DNA from: a virus
Lineage: Duplodnaviria; Caudoviricetes
IMG/VR virus record: IMGVR_UViG_3300046167_000801
DNA length: 64,000 bases
Reading direction: 5' to 3' (one strand)
In this document: piece after piece, positions 56,642 through 64,000 of the stretch
Layout of the letters: each line of letters opens with the position of its first letter
Position numbering within the stretch: position 1 is the stretch's first letter
Made by a program: the position numbers and the translations under genes
Notes under the pieces: model-generated
The model's input: the letters and a program-made list of their open reading frames with translations, nothing else
Database searches by the model: none
Told to the model about the DNA's origin: nothing

Positions 56642-57705
56642 GCTGTTTCTTCTTGTTTTAATTTATCCAACGCTTCTGACAATACGTTTAATCTTCCTTC
56701 TTTAAGTGAATTAAAAATAGATGTCACATTGTTATCGATTATATCACTATCGTATGGTATTAGTGTTTCTCTCATTTTTTCTTTTACTTCGTCAGTAATT
56801 GTTACTCCTTCCAACCACGCTAAAACGTAAGTACCTAGTAGTTCTACAATTTTATTTAAATCATAAGTCCATATACCATTCTCGGACAACCACTCAGGTT
56901 CTGTTGTAGGTATTTTACCAATAACTGGTACTTCACACTTCATTGACTCCAAAGGGAACGTCCCAAAAGTAGAATCATCGTCCATCCAAACAGAACAAAT
57001 ACATTCTTTTAATTGGGTAGAAAATTCTTCATAGGTTAATTGTACCATATCTTTAAATGTAACCCATCTTAGTTGAGGGTACTTTAAATAGAATTCTGAT
57101 ATTACTTTTCTATGTTGACCTCGGTCTCTCGCACTAATGGCAATAAAAGGTTTGGTAGGGTTTTCTGAAGGAGAGAATCCATCACCAATCTTTGGTGGAT
57201 TTACGTGAATCAAATTCTCAGGGAAAATACTTTTTATATATTCCTTAGATTTTTGTGTTGTTGTAATTACTTTATCAAAACCATAATCACTCCATCTACT
57301 ACCAACAGGTAGGGTTTCAAATATATATTCGGTTTGTTGTACTAACATAACCTTAGTACATTTAACTGATGCCAGTTGTTCAAGTACGTTAGAGTAGTAT
57401 TCAGGTACCACTAAAATATCTTCAATACCCATTTGAACTTGATCCTCTTTTATACTCACAATTGGTATATCTTTAAATCTGTCACCTAACCACGAATTAA
57501 CACCTACGTAGTTTTTATCTTCAACTAAAATGTATGCATCTAACCCACTTTCTCTTAAAGTGTGTACGGTGTCATATATGTATTTAACTGACGCCCTTGC
57601 ATTTGTTTTAGTATCATATGTAAGAAAGTATAACTTATGTTTGTTAGATTTTAACCTATCATACGCACTTTCTATTTTTTCCAAGTTTTCTATTTTTTCA
57701 CTCAT
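56638..57705 (-). CDS. GT-B fold glycosyltransferase
   Basis: DILVVPEY, EGFGxxPLE-like DSTFGTFPLESMKCEVPVIG. Confidence 0.75.
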   Translation of the reverse strand: MSEKIENLEKIESAYDRLKSNKHKLYFLTYDTKTNARASVKYIYDTVHTLRESGLDAYILVEDKNYVGVNSWLGDRFKDIPIVSIKEDQVQMGIEDILVVPEYYSNVLEQLASVKCTKVMLVQQTEYIFETLPVGSRWSDYGFDKVITTTQKSKEYIKSIFPENLIHVNPPKIGDGFSPSENPTKPFIAISARDRGQHRKVISEFYLKYPQLRWVTFKDMVQLTYEEFSTQLKECICSVWMDDDSTFGTFPLESMKCEVPVIGKIPTTEPEWLSENGIWTYDLNKIVELLGTYVLAWLEGVTITDEVKEKMRETLIPYDSDIIDNNVTSIFNSLKEGRLNVLSEALDKLKQEETA

Positions 57706-57991
57706 ATTCTTCTTTAACTAAAATACCATATTTTATTAGTGTGTTAAACGCAAATTTAAATGGTAATGATAATTCTGAATTAAGTAATCCTAACCCGTTA
57801 TCGTCCACCACATTCTCAGTTAAAATAGTATCTATACATTGTTTAACCGCATCGTATTTAAACACGTTTATTGTTTGTTCCACTTGTAGTGGTTCCCCCT
57901 TATCATTCTTGATCGGTTCGACTTCTAATTCGCACGTCTCAGTAATTTTGCTAATGTTGAGATAATAATATTCTCCGAAGATTTCAACCAT
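57698..57991 (-). CDS. Hypothetical protein
   Basis: 97-aa ORF in operon. Confidence 0.7.
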   Translation of the reverse strand: MVEIFGEYYYLNISKITETCELEVEPIKNDKGEPLQVEQTINVFKYDAVKQCIDTILTENVVDDNGLGLLNSELSLPFKFAFNTLIKYGILVKEEYE

Positions 57992-58575
57992 GTCTTATCT
58001 ATTTCTGTTAATTTATGTATTTCTAATTGATTTGTAAAGTGTTGGTTATAGTCAGTATTGAACTTTACAACCTTCTTATTTTTAGGACAATGATCAATAA
58101 CTGTTTTATTGTCCGTTATCCATAAATCACAATTTTTCCAAAGTTTGGGTATTTCACTAGACATGGTAAACTTAACGTTATTACCCATAAAACCGTTTTT
58201 AGAAAGAAAGAACAATGTAGATGGTTTAGATTTACCTAATTGATCTAAACCTATCAGAGTAAAGTTATGTTCCTTATTTTCATATATAAGATTATTTAAA
58301 TCATGAAATGCCTTTAAATAACTTTGATTTGCATGTCCAAATATTTCCATAGCATAATCAATGAAAATAAAATTATCGAACTCACTTTTAGATTGGTATA
58401 AATAACTCTCTAATAAGAAGTTATTTTTAACTGGTTCTATAACACCGTACTCAAACGAATTCTCCTCATCGGTCTTTTCATCAGACTCCCTATCTAAATA
58501 ATAATCTTTATAGTGGTAATCAAACTTTGCAATTGTGTTACGTAAAACCCCATCTATGTTTATTAAAATCTCCAT
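57925..58575 (-). CDS. HAD-like 5'(3')-deoxyribonucleotidase family protein (motif I NxD rather than DxD)
   Basis: ILINIDGVLRN; CDLWITDN...VVKFNTDYNQ. Confidence 0.65.
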   Translation of the reverse strand: MEILINIDGVLRNTIAKFDYHYKDYYLDRESDEKTDEENSFEYGVIEPVKNNFLLESYLYQSKSEFDNFIFIDYAMEIFGHANQSYLKAFHDLNNLIYENKEHNFTLIGLDQLGKSKPSTLFFLSKNGFMGNNVKFTMSSEIPKLWKNCDLWITDNKTVIDHCPKNKKVVKFNTDYNQHFTNQLEIHKLTEIDKTWLKSSENIIISTLAKLLRRAN

Positions 58576-58611
58576 ATTAATAATATAATAAATTTATTGT
58601 TATAAGTAAAG

Positions 58612-59310
58612 TTAATCGTATCTTTTTAATATCTTACCAATTATTGGGTTTCTAACAATGTCCTTAGTTCCAAACTCATATACACCCACATTATTTAAAT
58701 CCATTAATCTACTCTTAGCATCATAAAGACCACTTTTAGTTTTATCTTTAAATTTATCTGATTGTTCTAAATCCCCCGATATAAAGAATTTAGAATTAAA
58801 ACCAATTCTTGTTAAAAGTAGTTTCATTTGTGCCGGTGTGGCATTTTGGGCCTCTTCGAATATTAGAATAGTATTATCTACATTCCATCCCCTCATATAT
58901 GCCAATGCGGCAACCTCAATAAACCCCTCATCTTTTAATTTAGTTTTGTTTTCTTTACCGATTATTTTATTTAAAAGGTAATATGATGGGAAAATATATG
59001 GGTCTAACTTTTCTTCTAATCCACCAGGTAATGAACCTAATTTCTCTTCGGCCTCAACAGCGGGTCTAACAATTATAATTTTTTCATATTTGTTATTATC
59101 ATTCCACAATAAGTCACACGCCTTTTTCATAGCGATATACGACTTACCCACACCTGCAGGTCCAAAACATAATGTTATTTCATTATCTTCTAACGTATCC
59201 CAATACTCTTTTTGGGACTCTGTTAGAAATTTCTCTCTTGGTTTTTTAAATATCTCTTTTATTCTTTGTTTTGATGATACCTTAGTACCTGTACTTTTTC
59301 TTTGAGCCAT
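58612..59310 (-). CDS. phoH: PhoH family ATPase
   Basis: GPAGVGKS, RPAVEAEEKLGSLPG, LAYMRG, EEAQN, LLTRIG, GDLEQSD. Confidence 0.95.
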   Translation of the reverse strand: MAQRKSTGTKVSSKQRIKEIFKKPREKFLTESQKEYWDTLEDNEITLCFGPAGVGKSYIAMKKACDLLWNDNNKYEKIIIVRPAVEAEEKLGSLPGGLEEKLDPYIFPSYYLLNKIIGKENKTKLKDEGFIEVAALAYMRGWNVDNTILIFEEAQNATPAQMKLLLTRIGFNSKFFISGDLEQSDKFKDKTKSGLYDAKSRLMDLNNVGVYEFGTKDIVRNPIIGKILKRYD

Positions 59311-59331
59311 TAATTATGTATATGTGTAACC

Positions 59332-59973
59332 TTATTTACCTGTCGATCCAAAACCTCCTTCTCCTCTATCGGTTTCGGATAATTCAGTAACTTCAGTAAA
59401 TTTTATTTTGGGGTAGGGTAAAATCATTAGTTGACATATTCTTTCCCCGTTCTCGTAAATAGTGGATTGGTTAGATCCTTTATTAATGTTAAATGTTGCC
59501 ATTATTTCTCCTCTATATCCACTATCTATAACACCGACAGAGTTACTTAACTCCAAAACGGTCCTACGAATTGAGGATCTTGGGAATACTAAACCAACAT
59601 AACCTGAAGGTATTTCTAATGAAATTCCTGTACTGTACGTTACTTGGTTTGTTTGTTCATTCAATGTATAACTTACACAATGTAAATCCACACACCCATC
59701 ACCTTTTTTAGAATATGTTGGTGTAACTGCGTCTTTGTGTAGTTTTTTAAATTTACAACCAATACTATATTCATAAGGAGTATTAATAGTATCACCTACA
59801 CCAACACCTTGAGAGTTTTGTACATGATCCATAGAGTCCGACGTTAATTTATTTAACGTCTCGGACACCTCATTCATAAAAGACTCATCTATGTTATCCT
59901 CGTCCTCTTCTGAAAGGATTTCCTCAAAACCTTCTAACTTTTTTAGATATTCCTCTAATGTCTTTTTATCCAT
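59332..59973 (-). CDS. dut: dUTPase with acidic N-terminal extension
   Basis: GDGCVDL, STGISLEIP, PRSS, GVIDSGYRGEI, ERICQL, RGEGGFGSTG. Confidence 0.93.
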   Translation of the reverse strand: MDKKTLEEYLKKLEGFEEILSEEDEDNIDESFMNEVSETLNKLTSDSMDHVQNSQGVGVGDTINTPYEYSIGCKFKKLHKDAVTPTYSKKGDGCVDLHCVSYTLNEQTNQVTYSTGISLEIPSGYVGLVFPRSSIRRTVLELSNSVGVIDSGYRGEIMATFNINKGSNQSTIYENGERICQLMILPYPKIKFTEVTELSETDRGEGGFGSTGK

Positions 59974-60526
59974 GTTTTTGTTCAAATATTGCCAACTCAA
60001 ACCCTTGTTTAACGATTTGTGCTAATGGTGTTGAATGGTATTTAGATTGTAAATCATTATCACCTTTATCAGAATTAACTATCGTCTGATATTCTTCTTC
60101 ACTTAATTTAACTCCATATATTGAACAATAATACGCTGATCTTTCACCTACTCTCATAGATACCAATTCATCGTTGAATTCATACATTTTACCCAACTTA
60201 TTTCGGTGCCATTCACTCTCATTTGGTACAAATAAAAATACCTTACCTATTTGTGATAGGATTGTACATTTTAATATACTATCAATGGATTGTTGTAAAT
60301 TTTCAGGTAAAATACTATTAACCTTAACCGCGTATTTAGATGCAATAAAAACATGTTCTATTAAACCACCGGGATAGGCACCGTACATATCTAATGTAGT
60401 TGATGCGGGGGAAGTAAAAAGATCATCACCTAAGAATTTAAGTAAATCAGATGTTAACACATCATATTTCTCCGAAGTCTCAAGTAACTTCTTTTTATTA
60501 TTTTCTATTTGTTCTTTGTTTAACAT
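59966..60526 (-). CDS. HD-domain-like protein with degenerate HD motif
   Basis: AYPGGLIEH typical of a phage HD family, but ILSQIGK in place of LxHDIGK. Confidence 0.6.
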   Translation of the reverse strand: MLNKEQIENNKKKLLETSEKYDVLTSDLLKFLGDDLFTSPASTTLDMYGAYPGGLIEHVFIASKYAVKVNSILPENLQQSIDSILKCTILSQIGKVFLFVPNESEWHRNKLGKMYEFNDELVSMRVGERSAYYCSIYGVKLSEEEYQTIVNSDKGDNDLQSKYHSTPLAQIVKQGFELAIFEQKHG

Positions 60527-60530
60527 AATG

Positions 60531-60764
60531 TTATCCTTTATAAAGTTCAGGTGTAATTGCTGGATCTAAAACACATTCAACCGCCATTTTAACGATTGAG
60601 ATACTTTCACTTGATCTCATATCTTCCGATTTATATTTGTTTAAGACGATTGTTGCCTCTTCTACAGACTCTGCCTGTACGACATATTTTACTTTGTCTA
60701 ATCTTGGATTTCCGTTTCTATCCAATTGTTCTTTTTCGTAACCTACTGTTGCTAAATAATACAT
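60531..60764 (-). CDS. DUF4494-like protein (Bacteroidota-associated)
   Basis: YLATVGYEKEQLDRNG...KYVVQAESVEEA. Confidence 0.7.
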   Translation of the reverse strand: MYYLATVGYEKEQLDRNGNPRLDKVKYVVQAESVEEATIVLNKYKSEDMRSSESISIVKMAVECVLDPAITPELYKG

Positions 60765-60768
60765 AATT

Positions 60769-62001
60769 TTACTTTTTTATAATTGATTTTAAAAATTCCA
60801 CTCTATCCTTAGAAACAGTGGCGAGTGAATATTTTACCTTTACTGTTTCATATAGTTTATTACCTAAGTCTTCTATCATATTAGGGTTGTCTATTAGTTT
60901 CTTCATATGTTTACCCCACTGTTTGTGGTTTTTATTTGTCGATACTAATAAGGAATTACCTTTAGGATTAATTCCACCACCTCGTTCAACCGAAGAAACT
61001 AAATCAATAAGATAAGGGTCTTCTTCTGTTGCAATAATGGCCTTCTTATGAAATCCCGCTTCAATCACCTTTAGTTGTGATTTATTAGAATTAAATTCGG
61101 ATTTAACTAATGGGGCTAAAGACACATCAAAATAGTTGTAATTAGATGCGTACTTATTTATATCCATTGTCCATCTACGAACATAAGGTTGATTTAATTC
61201 TTCAGGGAATTGCGTTTGTGTAAATGTCTGTAAATGGTTCTTATAATTTTCGGAAACAGATTTATAATCATTAGTGAATATTTTTTCATACTTATACCAT
61301 ACAGTTTCCGTAGGTTTAATTGGTCTTTCTGACATCTCCCCTGTTTGACGGTTTATGGTTTTCATATTACCTCGTAAATCAAACCCACACAACACAAATT
61401 GACTTTTATCTTTGTATTGTTGAGTAATCGTGGAGATACCACTTTTAATTAATTCAAGATCATATAAGTGGGAAGACCCACCTAACCAACCAAATCTAAC
61501 TAAGTCAGATTTCAATGGTTTTGGTTGAAATTGAGATTCCTTTTCGTTTACTGCATTTGGAAAAACCGAAACATTCTTTATCCCTAAAAGACTTTTAATT
61601 GTTTTTTGGTAAATAGGTGTTGTGGTTGTAACGTAATCCGATTTCTTAAGTAAATCTGCACGGGCCTTACTATAACCATTTCTTTTAAATGTTTCGTAGT
61701 TTGGATGTCTATGATCCACCCTCCAAAAATCGTCAATATCCATAACAACTTTAATACCTTCTTTCCTTAACCAATCGATACGATCTAAATTTAATTGGGT
61801 ATTACCTCTGTGTATGAATGAGTGAAAATATACAATATCGTAATTTTCGAAGAACTTATTTTCATTAGGTACGTCGAATACAAGATCAACATGTACTTCA
61901 TCGGAATGGTTATCACCAATATAAGTAAATGGATCTATGATTCTATATTTCCCAACACCGTGACTATCTGACGGAATTGCGAGTACTCTAACTTTTGACA
62001 T
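60769..62001 (-). CDS. GT-B (GT4-like) glycosyltransferase
   Basis: HGVGKYRI, VVMDIDD, RFGWLGGSSHLYDL, FDVSLAPL...FNSNKSQLKVIEAG. Confidence 0.85.
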   Translation of the reverse strand: MSKVRVLAIPSDSHGVGKYRIIDPFTYIGDNHSDEVHVDLVFDVPNENKFFENYDIVYFHSFIHRGNTQLNLDRIDWLRKEGIKVVMDIDDFWRVDHRHPNYETFKRNGYSKARADLLKKSDYVTTTTPIYQKTIKSLLGIKNVSVFPNAVNEKESQFQPKPLKSDLVRFGWLGGSSHLYDLELIKSGISTITQQYKDKSQFVLCGFDLRGNMKTINRQTGEMSERPIKPTETVWYKYEKIFTNDYKSVSENYKNHLQTFTQTQFPEELNQPYVRRWTMDINKYASNYNYFDVSLAPLVKSEFNSNKSQLKVIEAGFHKKAIIATEEDPYLIDLVSSVERGGGINPKGNSLLVSTNKNHKQWGKHMKKLIDNPNMIEDLGNKLYETVKVKYSLATVSKDRVEFLKSIIKK

Positions 62002-62053
62002 ATATTATTGTTATATATCAAAATATAAGAAAAAAATATGATGAAATCAATCC

Positions 62054-62659
62054 TTACTTAGACTTATTTACTCCAGTAATTTTACCTTTGAATATTGAGT
62101 CCCCTACTTTAAGTACTAAGGTTTCGTTAATTGACGCGGTTTTAGATGCCGTTAAAATTAATTCTAATTTTCGGTCGACAATTTCTTCTAAAGTGTCTTT
62201 GATGGTTTCTTTTATAAGTGATTGAAGATCCGAGTTATTAGGACTTTCCGAAATTACTTGTTTAGTATTAGGTGTTGATTTTTTAGGTGACGACATTCCC
62301 TCTTTTTCCATTAATTTTTTTGCACCTTCTAATAAACCCATATCTAAACCGTCGCCTAACGAAATTTGATCCATAGTAGGTATTGGGTTGTTAATCATAG
62401 CTTGTTTTATTGAATCGGGTAATTTAGAATTATTAATCTTGTCCTCATTTACCACATTAGTGGCAACGTTTCTTGTGTTTGGTTTCTTTTCTATTTGGGA
62501 TACCGCATCACTGGCATTTTGTTGTAAAACAGATTCATCTATATTACCTTTAGTGTAGTCCCCACCATCAACCTTAGTCATAACTTTTTTAGCGTTAACT
62601 AATTTAGTCATAAGATCCTCCGCACTTATAGGTTTTGTATTTAATTGAGTATTTGACAT
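62054..62659 (-). CDS. Hypothetical protein
   Basis: 201-aa ORF. Confidence 0.7.
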   Translation of the reverse strand: MSNTQLNTKPISAEDLMTKLVNAKKVMTKVDGGDYTKGNIDESVLQQNASDAVSQIEKKPNTRNVATNVVNEDKINNSKLPDSIKQAMINNPIPTMDQISLGDGLDMGLLEGAKKLMEKEGMSSPKKSTPNTKQVISESPNNSDLQSLIKETIKDTLEEIVDRKLELILTASKTASINETLVLKVGDSIFKGKITGVNKSK

Positions 62660-62695
62660 TGTGTTATAATTTATTAAAATATAGACTTTTATTTT

Positions 62696-63403
62696 TTATT
62701 TATAAAGTAATCTTTTAATTCTCTTTATGTTCTCATTCAAACCATCGTAATCATTTGTTTCATCCTCTTCCTCCTCATCTGAATCATCAATTACGGGTGG
62801 TTCTATACTTGGTTTATTTTCAGGTTCGGGACTTGGTAATTCATCACTTTGTGGTTCTATAGAAGTTGGTTCTACTTGTTGAGGTTCTACGGATGGTTCT
62901 ACTTGTTGAGGTTGTGGTTCAGTTTGTTGAGGTTGTGGTTGTGGTTCAGTTTGTTGGGGTTCTGCGGATGGTTCAGTATCCTTAGTTACTTGAGGTATTT
63001 CTGACCAATCGGATGTCACGTATGTTGTTGACATTGATTTATCATCACCTTCCTTATATCCCGGTCTTTTTGTGTCAAAAGTTTCTTGATCAAATATCTC
63101 TACTTGACTTAACCTAGAAACCATAAATGTCCTCCAATTATTTTTACTAAATCCCGTCTTTGATCTTGACGGGGGTTGCACCCAACCTCTAATGATCATG
63201 TTTCCTTTTTTAGATAGTCCTAATGCGACTACCTCCACTTTTACTCTACGTCCGGCCTGAACTTGATCTCTTGGTCCATTATAAAAAAAACTTATTGGGT
63301 TTCTTTTTTTAATTGCATTAGCCAACGCTTTAGGTTTTGACGCTAATTTTGGTTCAGATTGTTCACCTATTAAAAACTTATATATATCTTTAAATAATTT
63401 CAT
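62696..63403 (-). CDS. WYL-like domain protein with P/Q/E-rich repeat tail
   Basis: ISFFY...RRVKVEVVALG...RGW...WRTFMVSRL; QQTEPQPQ / QQVEPS repeats (~62866-62975). Confidence 0.65.
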   Translation of the reverse strand: MKLFKDIYKFLIGEQSEPKLASKPKALANAIKKRNPISFFYNGPRDQVQAGRRVKVEVVALGLSKKGNMIIRGWVQPPSRSKTGFSKNNWRTFMVSRLSQVEIFDQETFDTKRPGYKEGDDKSMSTTYVTSDWSEIPQVTKDTEPSAEPQQTEPQPQPQQTEPQPQQVEPSVEPQQVEPTSIEPQSDELPSPEPENKPSIEPPVIDDSDEEEEDETNDYDGLNENIKRIKRLLYK

Positions 63404-64000
63404 TAAAAATCGGGATAACCACTATTACCACTATATTGGTTCCTTGCAATACTTTGGTTTCTTTCGTTTATATCTTTTGATGTACCTACACTATTATTGT
63501 TTTCTGCTCTACCTTTTTCATCGCCATCAGAAATTGCATTAGGGTGTACTAAACTATATGAATTGTTTTCATCATATATGTTTCTTGCTTGATTATCTAA
63601 ACGATTATTTATATCGGTTTGTGAACCAACCTGATTATTATTTTCACCTTTACCTAAGTCATCTCCGTCCGACAATGCATTAGGATGATTCACACCATAC
63701 CCATTTAAATCATTACTGTATTTGTTTTGTGCAATTATTGCCGCTCTTGTATTGATGTCAGTTATAGATCCAACCATTTGGTTATTCTCACCTTTACCTA
63801 ATTCATCTCCATCAGATATTGCGTTAGGGTGGTTTACACCATAACCATTACTTGAGTTGTATGAGTTTCTAGATACATTATCCACTCTTGTTTGATTATC
63901 TGTTAATCCACCAACTTTTCCGTCATTCTCTCCTTTACCTAACTCATCCCCATCAGAAATTGCGTTGGGGTGATTAATACCGTAACCGTTATCAGAGTTG
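63403..64000 (-). CDS. Repeat protein (47-48 aa HPNAxSDGDxxG units), starts beyond window end
   Basis: Frame stays open from 63999 through the ORF-track start; four repeat units in window. Confidence 0.85.
   Translation of the reverse strand, partial: NSDNGYGINHPNAISDGDELGKGENDGKVGGLTDNQTRVDNVSRNSYNSSNGYGVNHPNAISDGDELGKGENNQMVGSITDINTRAAIIAQNKYSNDLNGYGVNHPNALSDGDDLGKGENNNQVGSQTDINNRLDNQARNIYDENNSYSLVHPNAISDGDEKGRAENNNSVGTSKDINERNQSIARNQYSGNSGYPDF

Noticed and set aside
1-64000. Stop-codon reassignment (seen in some jumbo phages)
   Set aside because: Core genes are full length in code 11, and TAG and TGA both act as genuine stops (e.g. 1681, 14178, 8086). The two broken genes are frameshifts, not in-frame stops.
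1-64000. DGR, retron, integrase or transposase
   Set aside because: No reverse transcriptase, recombinase or transposase motifs and no TR/VR pair recognised.

Overview
AT-rich, gene-dense 64 kb segment of a T4-like (large myovirus-type) jumbo phage that most likely infects Bacteroidota. Host clues are a T9SS C-terminal sorting domain, Gln-after-signal-peptide ('Q-rule') exported proteins, DUF4494, TAnnTTTG-type promoters and a Bacteroidota-like bS21. The window holds the head-assembly core (TerL, portal, prohead protease, scaffold, MCP), a phage ribosomal protein bS21, tmRNA, 4 tRNAs, a ClpC-like ATPase with Hsp20, a sigma-factor-like protein, several glycosyltransferase clusters with UDP-galactopyranose mutase, nucleotide-metabolism genes and lysis genes. 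The most striking unexplained module is a seven-gene exported operon at 24145-29918 (PA14/dockerin-like, cohesin/dockerin-like, cohesin/T9SS-CTD, membrane anchor, CsgG-like, beta-barrel, second CsgG-like fold). Also notable: two related ~80-100 nt intergenic RNA-like elements (one with a perfect anti-SD complement), an Evf/Cyt-like protein and a recurrent N-terminal 'MK-hydrophobic-E-x-Q' motif. Family assignments come from motif recognition by eye; no database searches were run.
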